Positions 12,533 to 26,814 are shown, numbered from the stretch's first letter. The stretch is 64,000 nt of DNA from Felis catus (GCF_018350175.1 NC_058368.1:163744001-163808000), one strand, 5' to 3'. Numbers and translations are program-made. Notes: generated by a model not told the origin, from the sequence alone.

Positions 12533-14699
12533 AACATGCATTCTTAACACAATAAAAGTCTAACCAAACTCTTCATCTTTATACAATAAAAGAGCTATTA
12601 AATGTCCTAATGTTGATTACTTCCTCCTCTATCCAATGCTAATGTTGTTTGGTTATTTTAATTCTATTTTCGTGTGAGTTTTGCTTTTCGAAGAAACAAA
12701 AGTCAAGGCAGGATTAGATATGCATGAGATTAATTAGAGGTAATGGAAGATGAAGAGGGAGAGAGCAAAAATAGACAGGGAAAGCCATCAGATCATCATG
12801 CACAGCTGACAAATGTGAAAGGAGAGAAGGAAAGGAGGATTCTAACAACTTGGACTTGAATGTAGTTCTGGAGAGGTTTTGATGGGGGAGTTGCTGAACA
12901 GAAGTTGCCTGTTAGAAGAATTTCATATTGAGTAGGAATGGACTGGCTCTTGTACCCTGGAGAATAGACCTCAAAGTGAACTAAGTGGTACAACTGAGAG
13001 TAACTATTGAGGGGCTATTGAGCAACTATGCTCTCCTCAACAGAGTATCTTGAAGGGCAATCTGAGTGGCACACTTTCATGGGATCTGGGAACATTTGTT
13101 CAGTGTTCCATTTTCTACTTTGCTAATTCTCTCTTCAGTTCTGTTTGATCTGCTGGTTAACCTAGTCATTGAATTTTACTGTCAATGATTAAGATTTTCA
13201 TTTTTAGGGGTTCTATTTGTGTTTTTTTCTTCAAATCTGTCAGGTTTCCTTTTTTTTCAGTATTTTAGTATTTTCTTATAGTTTTTATGCCTTTTTAAGA
13301 ATCACTTGCCTGATTTTAATTATACTTAGTTTATAATCTATTCTGTCTGCCTTGCACTCATCCTGGATACTGTAATGTGTCATAACTGTGATCTCATCTT
13401 CAGTTGGTATTGTTCTTTCTTGAGGGAATCTAGGGCAGACTGGTTTGCTGCTGCTTGATTCTTCAGAGATATTTTGGCTTATGACATATTTATCTGAATT
13501 ATCATTTTGGAAATTCTTATACTACCTAAGTGGAACTCCAAAAGCGTGTGTAGTACAATGTTGGGCATGTGGCTTCTAGTGGTATATTTCTTTCTCCTAC
13601 TTACAGCAGAACAACATCAGAGCAGGCTTCTTTGTAGTTTTCAATGACAGATGGGTTTAGTATTTCCAGTCCCTCTTCTACTGAGGGTGCAGTTCTTTAG
13701 TTTCCCAGGTTTATGCAAGGTCTCAGCTCCAATTTCTGATTCACATGGCCCTAAGTCCTTTTCTCCTGCCCCTGTGTGTGCATTAAAATCAAAGCCCTTG
13801 GCCATCAAGTCCTAATTCCAGATCCAACTGCTTCCCATACCTCATCCATGTCAGCTTACATTCTTACTGTTTTGATTTTCAGTTTCACCTTTGTTTCTTG
13901 CATTTTGGATTATGTATTACTTTCATATAAACTTAGCCATAATTTTTAAAATAGTTTTTTATATCACTTTTCTGAATCTTTGTAGCATGACATTTTTATG
14001 ATATCCCATTTCTCTGAGTTGCTATCCCAGACACTATATCTTTGACTTGCCTTAATTTTCTTATTAGTACTTATTACTCTATCACAGCGTGAATTCTCCA
14101 GAAACAGCTGCTAAAATAGAGTTTGCAGTCCAAGTTGTTTATTAAAAATTAATCAATGAAAGGAAACAGGGAGCAGGATTGGACACAGGAAGAATGTGAA
14201 CTGCAATGTGGGCCTTATAAACTTCAGCCAGCCCTGTGGGGAACTCTGGAGTGAATACTGCTTGTGAGAGTGGCCTGTGTTGAACCAAAATGCTGCTCGC
14301 CTTCCCCACTTAGTTACTTGACACAGACTTCCTTGGAAAGGGTATGGTTTTGAGAAAAGTGGCTCTCTGCAGCTCAAGTGGGTCCTGAAAGAGTTGACAG
14401 CTGGAGCTGCCTGCTGACTGCCTTTCCCCATGGCTGGACAGTCCTTTATGCAGAGGATCAGGACGGCACAACTCTGTGTACATCACACACTCTCTGAATT
14501 TATACTATTTAGTCACTTGTATATTGATATTTATTTTCTTCACCAAAGAATGTAAGCTCTGTGTACCAAGCTGAGCTTGGCCTGGCAGAAATTAAAAGCC
14601 AGTGTTTGTGAGCTGAGGGAAATTAGTTGGGATTAGTGAAGTAGTTCAGACTTTGATATGTCTTGCAGAGTAGGAAGAGAGTTTGGATTGATTAGCTAG

Positions 14700-15298
14700 T
14701 GTAATAGTCTTCTATTACTGCCATAACAAATGATCACACACTTAGTTGCTTTAAACAGCACAAACTTATTATCTTATGGTGCTCTAGTTCAGATGTCTGA
14801 TTCCTCTGCCCTGGGTCTCATACGAGTAAAATCAAGGTGTTTGCTGGGCTGGGCTCTTGGTGGAGGCTTTGGGCAAGAATCTGTTCCCAAACTCATTCAC
14901 ATTGTTGGCAGAACCCATTTTCTTGTGGACATAAGACTGAGGTCTCTTTCCTTGCTGGCTGTCAGCTAGTAGCCTCTCTGAGCTCCTTTAGGCCACCTAC
15001 ATTCCTTGTCATCTTGCCTGTCTCTCTGAGCCCATAATGATGAGTCAGGTCCTTCTCATGTTTTGAATCTCTCTGGCTTTTTCTTTTGCATTTCTTCTCT
15101 TTCCAGCCTGAGAAAGTCCTCTGTTTTTAAGACCCCATGTAATTGGATTGAGCCTACCAGGACAGTCCAGGATAAAGTTCCTATTTTCAGATATGTAGCC
15201 TTAATTACATATGTAAAGGATGTTATTTTTGTCACATAATATGACATGTCACAGATGTCTGGTGTGGACACCTTTGGGAGACATTATGCTGCCTACCA
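14700..15298 (-). mobile_element. MaLR (MLT1-type) solo LTR
   Basis: ctattactgccataacaaat...cttagttgctttaaacagcacaaacttattatctta start and ...tgctgcctaccac end, typical of MLT1. Confidence 0.75.
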
Positions 15299-18100
15299 CT
15301 GCTGGGGAGCAGAGATGTCAGAAGTTCCTCACATAACAAAAGTGGCATTTTGGGAAGATTTCTTAGCAGCCAGGTAGACAATGGATTTGGCTAGGGAGAC
15401 CATAAGAGGGTGCTAAATAGAAAATGAAAGCATGGCAGTGTGGATGAGGGCAATGACAGTAAGAATAAGAAAGACATGGGCTTCAATTAAAGTCTTTAGG
15501 AATATCTAGCTAGATTTGCTGGCAGATATGGGGGGTGGGAGAGGGTACTAGGTTGCGTGAGATACTACATTTGAAAGGACATGAGTTTGGTTGAGCAGAT
15601 TGGATTCAGTATTATCACCCTAGAGTGAGGCTGCCTAATCCAGACCATGAAAGACTTACCACAACTTACTCTGTGACACAGTGACAGGATTACATGGAGC
15701 AGACCATATATGCACACGTCTTTTCATTTTGTCACTACCAGCAGTCATTCTAGAAACTCTGAAGATCCCAGTCATCTATCAAGATAGAGAGTAACACTTG
15801 TGCAGATCATCCAGAATAAATTTCTAAGTCCTAAATGACATACCTTTGACTCAAGAACACATTCTGTGATTTTAGGCAACATAACTATCTTCTGTAGTGT
15901 GTTTTACTTAGGCTGATGTTAAAATAAGTTTGTATTCTCTCAATGAGTCAACTGGTGACTGAGGAATTTCCTTTGGAAGCATGTTGAAGGGAAGTCATCT
16001 TAAATACTAATTTTTCAGGAAAATAAGATGCATAGAAACAATTAAGAAATCACTGTATTTTTTATTCTTCTAATACATATGATACAAACAAAGATGAGTC
16101 ATTGAAGGGCTTAAGGTGAGTCTACACAGGTATTACCTTAGTTGTCACCTGCTTTCACCATTGAATTCCTGGTAGGACTGGGAAAAAAGACATAAAACAA
16201 AAGGTATCCTAAAACAGAAAGGTCATGTTTCCTTGTTTTCAGCGCTGAATTCTCCAGAATATCTGGAGTGAGTTGCTTTTTGGCAGCTTGCATGACCAGC
16301 AATTCTTTTAACACCTGCAGGCCTTAACCTTCAGGTCTCTCCAGTTCATGTTGTGGAAAGGATAGAGAGAAGTATTTTGGAGTAAAGAATGGATAGCAAA
16401 AGGGCAGGAAACATTTGCAGGGGAGAGAATAGATCAACCAAGTTGTTTAACTGTACAGAAACGGCATGCTTTTCAATATTGGGTGGATTTGCTCGGTTTC
16501 ATTCACTTTGCTTCTTTTTTCATTAGCAAATGATAATTTTTGTCATATCAACAGATTAGGCAGCATTATCCCCTTTAGGCGGTACAGGACAGGTTTTATG
16601 GTTCCTAAAATGATACCACCCCACAACTTGAAAATTTGGGGCAGAATTATCTTGTTTTGTGCCTGAGATGCAACTGTTTGGGAAAGTGGGAAGCAAGAGA
16701 GAAGGGGGGGCGTGCTGGTGTTCTAGTTGAGGAGTCAAAAACAGCAGCAGAGGGGGAGTATTGATTGGCACAGGCTGGGTGTAATTCAGGGACCTGAACC
16801 TGGGGTCCGGGTGGATATCGAGAGATCCACCATCCTTCTGATACACCTACGTATAATGTTGTAGCCATTGTGCACATGTGTGCCTTTCCTGAGAGCTTTC
16901 ATTAAAATTCTAAAGGTCAAGGACCAGTGAGGTCCAGGAGAGAGATTAAAGAAGCAGAATAAATGTAAAACTAGATAAATACTTTCTGAAGTAATTCCTA
17001 AAGCAATCACTAGTAGGACAAGGCCATGGGATGAAAAGGAGGAAATTTTAAAAAACATCTTCCTTTTTCTCAGAATATCAAAATAAAGAGACAGTGAGGC
17101 TTCAGGGCAGTGGGGAGAAGAAATGTTTTATATTGAACATCGTTGGAGCAAAAGGCTTTAGAAGGATATGAGCCTTATTTACATATATTCTGGAAATGTG
17201 TCAGGAAGAATGAGAGCATCTCTGTATGCCAAACTTCAACCAAAATAGATCATCTGAGTGAAGGAAATATTATTAAGGGAGCTGGCTTGCCTATTGACAT
17301 TTATTTAACTCTTTTAGAAGAAAGTATACATTGGCAAGAGCTTTTGGGAAAAAATGTATCCGATTTCCAACTACAAGAAAAGGCAACAGATTCAAAGCCA
17401 AGGAGTATTCTTGGACTGAACTTTTGTAGTGCCTTAATTTAGCCAGCTGGTGAAATGTTTTTTTTTTTTTTTCAAGTATAAAATTATTTAAACTTTCCAA
17501 AGGAAAGCTTTTCATTTTTGTTTTAAATCTGGACTTTATTGTAAAGTTGTCCTACTGTGAATTTGCCAAAGTAACCTCCATTTTTCACTGATGTGAATAT
17601 AGTTAAGAGGGGATTTCATGTGGATAAAGGAGATAAGCTTGTCCCTATATACTTAGCAAATAGTGCTTAGCAAGTAGTGAGGGGACTTTTGACAAAGATA
17701 TGAATGACAGTGCCCTAGATCTATATAAATCATCAGGGATCTAGCTCAAAAATTTAATGTTGAGTTAAAAAGCAAGTGGCAGAAGGATATGTATAGTGTG
17801 TTATTTCTGGATAAGTATGAAAATTTTGAAAAAATTATGTATATTTTGCTACTGGTTGCCTGGTGTGGGGGAGTTGCCTGTAGGGCAGAGAATAAAGAGA
17901 AATGAAAAATGAGGTTGATGGTTGTGAAAGGGAACTTTAGTTCCTCCCTTCCCTGCCTCTCTCCCTTCTTTCCTTAAAAGAATGCAAGCACAAATTGCTT
18001 GTGCAGTTTTATCTTAAATTATCCATACTGGAAAAATATTGGAGCAATTAATTCAATATTAAAAGTTATTAATTCTGGGAGTTGATAGTAGGAATATATG

Positions 18101-18101
<1 letters not shown>

Positions 18102-18134
<33 letters not shown>
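18102..18134. repeat. (GTT)n microsatellite
   Basis: About 11 units. Confidence 0.95.
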
Positions 18135-20260
18135 CTGTGTTTTAGGGACAAAAGATCATTTACTGAAGATATATAGGTATATATCTATATCTGTATCTAT
18201 GTTTCTCTGTAATTGTTCATTATTTTTAAAACACCATTGTTAACTTTAATTTCCTGTTTCCTTACCACATACTTCTTAGAAACAAAAAGGTGAAGAAAAG
18301 AATGAGAAAAAGGAATCCAATTCATATTCCATATTCCACAATCAAGGTAAAAATAAAGATATGGAAACACTTAGGACAGAGGATTAAAAGTGAGAAAAAA
18401 AAACACATAAGGGACAAATGGTATAGAAGAAAAAAGGGGGGGGGGGGAATATAAGCAAAGAGAGTAACCTGGGACAGTCAAAAGCATGTCTACATTATGA
18501 AGCAAGTTAATTACATTAAAAACCAGTCAAGCCAGTCGGTCAGTCTCTTGTAAGCCAAATCATGTGAAACCTGTGAATTAAAAAATTTTAAATAAGTGTC
18601 ATAAAATCCATTAGGCTGAAATGTGGAGAAAATGAGTCTGTAGCATCAGGTCGACCTGAAGTATGTGTGTCATAATTTGATTAAAACGTTCTTCTGTGTG
18701 TCTTTGTTTTCTGTGCAATGAGGCTCTAGAGAAGATACTTCTTTGAAGGGAGTGTGAGAACATGACCTGCCCACAGACGCTTTGACCTGTGAGCATAGAC
18801 TTCAGCATTGCAAGGACAGATCCTCCTCTCTGGTTAAAAGGCAGTTTTTGTTTGGAAAGTTTCCCTGTAGCAATACATAGACCCAAGCAGAACTAATAGT
18901 AGGACTAGTGTGGTCATGAAGACATGCCTCTGTAACTGATTACTACTGGTCTGTAGTCTCCCATTGTCCTAGATGTTCTAAGTGAAGGCTGTGTAAGTGA
19001 ACTCACATCCAGGGACGGCAGGGAGCACACACACCTTGGATCACACTTTTATTCTTTGGATTTGTATCTCCACGCTCTTCCTTTCTCTGCCAGGACTGTT
19101 CCCATCTAGTCTCAATGCTTCAGATGAAAATAGACAGGTTCATGTTTGTAAATTATCTCGGAGGCCTCTCCTATCCACTTCTTCCTTTAACTGGCTTTTA
19201 CCTTTGGTAATTTATGCTGGATATGGAATGGGGGGAGTTTGGGATGAGAAAAGACACTGCAAAGAAAGGGGAGAAACTAACAGGTTCTAGTGAGAAAATT
19301 ATCTTTGGTCCTTCAGTGCTTCCTGCTGAAGACATCAATCTCAAGAGGGTTTCGCACTGGTGACCTTGAGTCCCTCCTTTGCTGTAAAAGCTGAACAGAT
19401 ATTCTGCTGAATAGAGCAGAAATCGAGCTTCTCATAGTGAGTAGAACCAAGCTGAATAAACCAGGCCTTCAGAACCTGACCTGATTTTTTTTTTCAGTAG
19501 AATTTAGAATATAAGCGTATATATGGTTTCCTGAAAACAATTAGAGGCTCTGTAACACAGGCACCTCTAATGAAAAATAAGAATTCTATGGCAAAAACAA
19601 ATAAAAGGTTTTATTGATAAGCTGATGGTTGCACAGGAACGCTAGGCCATATTGACTTTAATAAAACATTAAGCGGTTTAATTAAATCATTAATTCCACC
19701 CTCAGTTCCATTTTTCAAAAGACAGTCAATGTAAAAATAAAACGGTTTCTTTTTTTAGCTGCTTCTCTTTCCTCTATAATTTATTAAGATGAGTCTATAG
19801 ATTGACTTATTGCTATTCTGCCATAAAGCACTTGCTGTCATTTCAAGAATATAGCACTTTAAGCAGGATACAAGGAGGTATTGATCTTAAGGTGACATCT
19901 TTCTTCACTCTTCATAAAAGGATTTTTTAGACAAATCTATAAAATGTGTATGAATGCAGAAGCTTAAGTCACAACGTTATTATAATACTACTAAAATAAT
20001 TTTTAGCTTGTTTCTCTGATTTATGAGGAAAACTTATGAAAGGTACGTGAGCAATTTCAAATCCATATAATGGTAGTCATCACATATTTTCTTTTAACAT
20101 TAATTTTTCTTCATGAAAATAAAACACATAGTTTTAAAAATAAGTAGTATCAGAAGGCTTATAAATAATCTTCTGTCTCACTTTCCCTAACCTGTAGTCT
20201 CACTTCCCAGAGGAAACCATTTCTTCAAGTATTTATCGCTGCATTTAAAGATAATATGCT

Positions 20261-20481
20261 GGGGCGCCTGGGTGACTCAGCTGGTTAAGCGTCCGACTTT
20301 GGCTCAGGTCATGATCTTGCGGTCCGTGAGTTCGGGCCCCGCATCGGGCTCTGTGCTGACCACTCAGAGCCTGAAGCCCATTTCAGATTCTGTGTCTCCC
20401 TCTCTCTGTGACCCTCCCCCATTCATGCTCTGTCTCTCTCTGTCTCAAAAATAAATAAACGTTAAAAAAATTAAAAAAAAA
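20261..20481 (+). mobile_element. Young CanSINE with TSD aaagataatatgct
   Basis: ggggcgcctgggtgactcag head, CpGs retained, (CT)n, aataaa, poly(A), exact TSD. Confidence 0.95.
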
Positions 20482-20536
20482 GATAATATGCTAAAAAAAA
20501 CCAAAATGAAATAAAATAAAGATAATATGCTGTCTT

Positions 20537-20781
20537 GGGGCACCTGGGTGGCTCAGTCTGTTAAGTGTCCGATTCCTGGTTTTGGCTCAGGTCACAACTT
20601 CCCAGTATTGTGAGTTTGAGCTCCATGTCAGGCTCTGTGCTGGCAGCACAGAGCCTACTTGGGATTCTCTGCCTTCCCCCCCCCCCCACCCCTTCCCCAC
20701 TCTTGCTATCTCTCTCTCTCTCTCAAAATAAATAAATGAACTTTGAAATAAATAAATAAATAAATAAATAATAATAATAAA
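20537..20781 (+). mobile_element. Older CanSINE
   Basis: ggggcacctgggtggctcag head; (CT)n; (AAAT)n tail; diverged TSD ataatatgctgtctt / ataacatgccatctt. Confidence 0.92.
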
Positions 20782-21679
20782 CTAAAATAACATGCCATCT
20801 TAACCTAGATTTTCTAAAAACAGGTTAACTCAGGAATTAATATCTTGACACTTTATTTGGGGAGTACAAGCCCAGAGAGGTGAAGGTGAAGCAACAGAGA
20901 AGGGAAGCAAGGAAAGTTACAAAGATTGCCATGTAATGCGTTACATGGTGGATACTCAGCAAGCATGTCACCTCAGCATATGACTTCTCCACATGGGCTG
21001 TGATGAGTCACCCCACCCTCAATATTGTGTGGATAGGAAAAGGAAGGGAGATTTATCTGCATGGCTTTCTCTTGTCTCCTTTGTCTCTTTCGTCAGAGTT
21101 TACTCCATGGGGAGTGTCATGCCGTTTGGCCCCTTGGTGGCCCCTCCAGAAGCCTTATTCCACGCCCTGTGGTACAAGGGTCCATTGAAGTTCGGGAGTG
21201 GAGGAGTGACTTGGCATGGGCAGGCCCTCAGCAAGTGCAGTTTATGGGCCATTAGGCACTGGATTTTACCTTAACTGTGGTCATTTGGGGACCTTGGCTA
21301 AAGTGGTGGAGATGGGAGTGGTGGCTCAGTCCAGGAGGCAGACAGCATCTTCAGAAGGAGTGTAAGCGTCAATGTGAGTGGTTGAATAACACACATACTG
21401 TGTTTATTCCTTGATTTACTACCTTCAGACATGAAATACTGATGTCTTGGTATGAGCTGATGAGTATGTAACTCTCTTACACCCCTTTTCTTTTCATTCC
21501 TACTCCAATAAAGTTATGTGATATTTTTTTGTATCTAGTAATAGTCAATATTTACATTATCATGACCAGATAAATTATGTTACTGCTAAGCCAAGTAGTG
21601 AATATAATTAAATTTTCTTTCTTATATAATTTATCTTATATAACTTTTATTTCCTCCAATTATCACATTCTTTTTATTC

Positions 21680-21938
21680 TTTTTCTGATGTTTATTTCCT
21701 TATTTTGAGACAGACAGAAAGGGAGAGAGAGAGAGGGCATGAGCATGAGTGGGGGAGGGGCAGAGAGAGAAGGAGAGAGAGAGTCTCAAGCAGGCTCCAT
21801 GCTCAGGGTGGAGCCTGACACAGGGCTCTGTCTCACAACCATGAAGCCACAACCTGAGCTGAAGTTAAGAGTCATATACTTAACTGACTCTGAGATCAAG
21901 AGTCTCATACTCTACTGACTTAGCCAGCCAGGAACCCT
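21680..21938 (-). mobile_element. Older CanSINE with an internal duplication
   Basis: (GA)n tract, caagcaggctccatgctcag body, repeated 'ctga...aagagtc..atact...ctgact' unit. Confidence 0.85.
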
Positions 21939-23053
21939 CCTACATGTTTTTATTTACATTGTTTTCTAAGAACTTGATTGAATATTTTTCATTGCTGACA
22001 ATGGTATTTTTTTTTTCCAAATCTTCACACATAGGCTATTAATTCCATTTTGTTTTTCTCCCTTCATGACCTCTTTTCCAGAGCCCTGAATCTTCCTGCT
22101 TTAGTCTGGACTGAATGTTTTCCAGGCCTGATGATGTGGAATCCCTATTTTCTGGATCTCATGTTTTCTCTTTTCTTGGATACTCCTTTGTTTTGCTTGA
22201 GCACATCTCACAGTGGCTTCCTAAAATAAATATGGTAGACATGTCTAGTACCTCTCCATAATCTTTCTTTCCTTCCTGGATAGATAGGAGGGTGACACTC
22301 CACTGCCTCTTTGTAGCCGTGTAGGTCATTAACTAGTTCCGGGCAGTGGGCTAGGAGTAGGAATAAGTGCCAGTTTGGACAAAAACACTATCTTTCTCCA
22401 TGGAGGGAGATACCAGTCCTTGTATAGAGAAAGTCATAAAACCAAAAATAAGACTGGTTGATAAATTGCCATGGAAGATGGTCGACCTGAGAAATTTCTT
22501 GTACTCACACAAATTCCAAGTATGCCAGGAGAGAAACCTTTGGTTTATTAAGCAGTCGAGATTTTTGGCATTGCTGGCATTCTGGCCTCTCCTGACTAAT
22601 ACAAAAGGGTTCACGGGAAACAGATTTCTGAGCCATTCCAATCTGAAAATATTGTTATTCCACCCTCACCTTTAATTAATAACATGACTGGATATAGAAT
22701 TCTAGATTATAGAGAAGTTTGATTCTATTTTAATTCCTATTCCTTTGTATGCAACCTAGCTTTTTTCTCTGGAAGATTTTAGTCTTCTTTTTATCCCTGG
22801 TGTTTCAAAATTTTACCATGACGAGTCTTGCTTGATGTGAGTTGGGATTTTGTTGTTGTTGTTGTTGTTTTCTTTTGTTCTGCTTTTACCTATTGAGAGT
22901 CAACCTTGAGAATTATGCTATTCATTTATGATAAACTTTGTATTGTACTTTTGATAATTTGTCCTATTTTTATTTCTGTAATTCCTATTAGCTCAAAACT
23001 ATATAGTCTAGACTCTCTTTTTCCTCATGTTTTCTCTCTAATTTTATATTTCC

Positions 23054-23056
<3 letters not shown>

Positions 23057-23099
<43 letters not shown>
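23057..23099. repeat. (ATT)n microsatellite
   Basis: About 14 units; explains the poly-Leu ORF 22906-23169. Confidence 0.95.
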
Positions 23100-23181
23100 T
23101 TGTTCTACTTTGTGGAAAGAAGCCTCAATTTTAACTTTGAACTCCTCTACTGAATATCTATTTATATAAAATTTTTTACTT

Positions 23182-23383
23182 GGGGCACCTGGGTGGCTCA
23201 GACAGTTAAGTGTCCTATTCTGGATTTTGGCTTAGGTCATGATCTCATGGTTTGTGAGTTCAAGCCCCAAGTCAGGCTTTGCACTCACAATGTGTAGCCT
23301 GCTTTGTATTCTCTCCCTCCCTCTCTTTGCCTCTCTCCCTCTCTCAAAATAAATAAATAAACGTTAACCAAAGAAACAAAAAT
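23182..23383 (+). mobile_element. CanSINE
   Basis: Typical head, (CT)n, caaaataaataaataaa tail. Confidence 0.9.
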
Positions 23384-23465
23384 AATTTTTTTTCTTTATT
23401 TTCCCTCCAACTTTGAGGTATAATTGACAAATAAAACTACATAAATTTAAAGTATGCAACATGTA

Positions 23466-23691
23466 GGGGCACCTGGGTGGCTCAGTCGGTTAAGCGTCCG
23501 ACTTCAGCTCAGGTCACCATCTTCAGCTCAGGTCACGATCTCACGGTCCGTGAGTTCGAGCCCCACATCGGGCTCTGGGCTGATGGCTCAGAGCCTGGAG
23601 CCTGCTTCCAATTCTGTGTCTCCCTCTCTCTCTGCCCCTCCCCTGTTCATGCTCTCTCTCTGTCTCAAAAATAAATAAACGTTAAAAAAAA
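23466..23691 (+). mobile_element. Young CanSINE with TSD taaagtatgcaacatgt and an internal 19-nt tandem duplication
   Basis: TSD at 23448-23464 and 23692-23708; cttcagctcaggtcac present twice. Confidence 0.95.
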
Positions 23692-23985
23692 TAAAGTATG
23701 CAACATGTTGATTTGATATATGTATACTTTGTGAAATGATTATAATCAGGTTAATTAACACATCCTTAATTTTGTATAGTTACTATTTTTCCTTGAATTT
23801 TAAAATTTAATCAGTTTTATTTTAATCCCTAAGAGCTCCTTCTTGTTGTCTGTTACAGAATCCCATTTTTCTTTTATCTTTCTGAGAATATAATGTATAT
23901 TTTAAAATTTGTTTTGCTGTTCCCTAAATTGTCTATTTTTTTTCTGGGTTCTTTTGTCTTCTTTTTTTAGTGTGTTTTTTGAAAA

Positions 23986-24191
23986 ATTTTTTAGTGTTTA
24001 TTTATTTTTTGAGAGAGAGAGAGAGCATGAGTGGGGGAGGGACAGAGAGAGAAGAGACACAAAATTTGAAGCAGGCTCCAGGCTCTGAGCTGTCAGCACA
24101 GAGCCTGACCCAGGGCTCAAACTCACAAACCATGAGATCATGACCTGAGCTGAAGTTGGTCGCTCAACCGACTGAGCCACCCAGGCACCCC
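23986..24191 (-). mobile_element. CanSINE
   Basis: Reverse-complement head ending gagccacccaggcacccc; (GA)n; T-rich tail. Confidence 0.93.
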
Positions 24192-24754
24192 TGTGTAGAT
24201 CTCTTTTTGAGGCTATTCACTTTCTCCATAGAAGATTCCTCTTATCTCTTCCCTGGTTGAGTGCAAGCCTGACTGTCAGCCTTTTTGGAGAAAGGCAGAG
24301 GAAGAGACACCCATCTTCAATATGAAGACTTCTCCTTAATCCCCCAGGTGCCTGATACGCTCAAATCTGGGGACTGGTTCACTTTCTCAGAAAACAAATG
24401 TCAGGCCTTCTATGATGAGAAGAGAGAAAGTGGTTATTGGTTGCAAATGTGGGGGAAAGGTGTATCCAGGGAGAAGTGGATTGGAATGGTTGTGGGGGTG
24501 CAAGAAGGGAAAGAGAACAGGTATAGAGAAAGGCAGCCTGGTGTGAGATGCTATGAATGGGAACCTCAGTGGGGTAAGGAGGCCATTTATATAGGGTGTG
24601 GCCTGGCATGAGTTCTCTGAGTCTGAGCAAGATGAGAAGGTCATTCTCTCAAGGGGCTTTTACTAGATGATTTTGGAAGTCACCAGAGTGAGGAGAGTGG
24701 TATCAGAGTCTGAGCTGTGTGAGGAAGGCTTCTGTGTCATGATAGAAATTGGAT

Positions 24755-25251
24755 TTAGTTTCCTAAGGCTGCTGTAGCAAATCACCCAAAACTTGGTGGC
24801 TTAAAACAACAGAAATTTATTTTCTCAAAGGTTCTAGAGGCCACAAGTCCAAAATCAGTTACACTGGGCTGAACTCAAGGTGTGGGCAGGGCCCCAGTCC
24901 TCCTGGAAGCTATAGGGGAGAATCTACTTTCTTTATTTTTCCAGCTTCTAAAAGCTGCCAGTATTCCTCGGCTTGTGGCTCTGTATCATCTTGGCCTCTG
25001 CTTCTATCATTGTGTCTCCTTCTCTCTTTCTGATGCCTCTGTCTTTCTTGTGTAAGTACTATTGTGATTACACTGAGTCCACCTTGTTAATCCAGGATAC
25101 GGTCCCCATCTCACAATTTTTAACTTGATAAAGGCTCTCCTCTTTTTTTTTTTTGTTTTTATTTTTATTTTTTTAACAGAATAAGGTAGCATTCAAGGTT
25201 CCAGGATTAGGATGTGGATAACATTTGGGAGGCTATATTTAAGTTACCACA
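24755..25251 (-). mobile_element. MaLR (MLT1C-like) solo LTR
   Basis: ttagtttcctaaggctgctgtagcaaat...ggtggcttaaaacaacagaaatttatt...taccaca. Confidence 0.8.
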
Positions 25252-25589
25252 GATATATAGAAGAATATACTTGTAAATATACTTGTGCACACAGACACGA
25301 AATCCTCTGCCCACTGAGGGTCTGGGAGCAGTAACACCCCAATATCAATGAATACAACTAGTGACTACACTTGGCTTCAGCTGCAGTTTGGGTTTTCTAG
25401 GAGGTACACTCTAATACAGACTTTGACACCTGCCTCAGTTGGGCTGCCCAGGGGTGTGACCTTGGGCAAGGGGGCTTCTGCAGTAATGGTACTCTCTGAA
25501 GTGGCTGACAGCTGACGATGCTCTTACTTTCAACCATAAGACATCCAAGGCTTCTTGGAGAAATGGCTGACTTCAGGCTGAGCATGGAA

Positions 25590-26460
25590 AGTACAATATA
25601 AACCTAGAACATCTTTTTGTTCCAGAAAGTAAAAAAAAAATTTAAAAAAATGCTCAAGGAATGAACAATATCAACTAGACGCAGAGCCAGTTGGCAGGAA
25701 CTCCCACTGACCAAACCTGAGACAGTTTGAACATCCAAGTGAGTAATGAGAATAACAGATAGAATCAGAAACCATGAATTCATACTGACATAAATAAATA
25801 AGTGGATACTTTAAAAAATTTATGAGAGAAGGGATATTCATGTATTTTAAAAGTGACTCTCCACAGGCTACGTATTACAGGGAGATAGAAACTAAGGTTG
25901 TGGTAGAGAAATTTGACAGAGAGCACCTTAATCAAGTGATCAAAGTGAACATTAGTAGTAATGGTAAAAATAGAGATTGTTTACCACTTGATAGGATGCA
26001 AGGGGAAGAAAACAACCCCACATTTGTGATATTTTTAGTCTATTCACAAGAAAATATCAGAGTAATCAAAATTACTACAAAATAACTGAAAGTACCTGGT
26101 TCTTAAAGTCAAGGAAATGTTCCAGGTGGAAGGAGACTAAAACGATGTGACAACTAAGGGCAACACATACTTCTGAAGTGGATCCTGGTGCAGGATATTA
26201 CTAGGAAAACTGGTGGCATTCAAGTGGGGTCTGAGGATTAGCTGGTGGTAATGTATCAGTGCTAATTTCTTAATATTGATGGCTCCGTAGTGGTTGTGAA
26301 ACAGAATGTCCTTGTTTGTAGGAAATGGACATTAACTTCTTGGAGTATGATGGCACATCATGTCAGTGACTTATTCTCATATGATTCAGGAATAAATTTT
26401 TTTTGTGTGATATTTGTAACATTTTTGCAAATTTGAGATGGTTTAAAACAATTAAAGTTG
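25590..26460 (+). mobile_element. Old L1MD/ME-type 3' fragment
   Basis: caccttaatcaagtgatcaaagtgaacatt and gaatgtccttgtttgtaggaaat motifs. Confidence 0.6.
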
Positions 26461-26814
26461 CTCGCTCAGCTTTTGCCATACAGTCATAGCATTTCTTCTA
26501 GATTGGTTGTTGGTCCTCTCTTGGGCAAAGGGTAATGTGGAAGAAGGTTGATGTCAAGTGCAAAGTGAAGGAATAAAAATTTATGGGGAATATCATGTTA
26601 CTGACTCCCCCTCATCCTGGGAACTGTCTCCTAAAACAGATTATGTTCCAGTGAAACTCGATTCCTTTCTCATTTCAGCTCCTATCAACCCTCACACTGC
26701 AACTATGGGGCCACTGATTTGTTTCCTGACATTTTATCCCCATTGCCTAGCCTAGTGCCAGTGCCTGGCACATGGAAGGCTCAATAGCTATTTATTTGTT
26801 TCTTTCTTTATTTA

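Noticed and set aside
16137..16177. 41-nt minus-strand segment with plausible splice sites
   Set aside because: Isolated, 22 kb past the gene's stop, with no partner exons or recognisable peptide.
20261..20345. tRNA genes at SINE heads
   Set aside because: tRNA-derived SINE heads followed by a SINE body and tail, not standalone tRNAs.
20272..20454. SINE-derived ORFs (also 1-228, 23454-23678, 23998-24180, 48617-48958, 57182-57424)
   Set aside because: Translations of CanSINE sequence, not genes.
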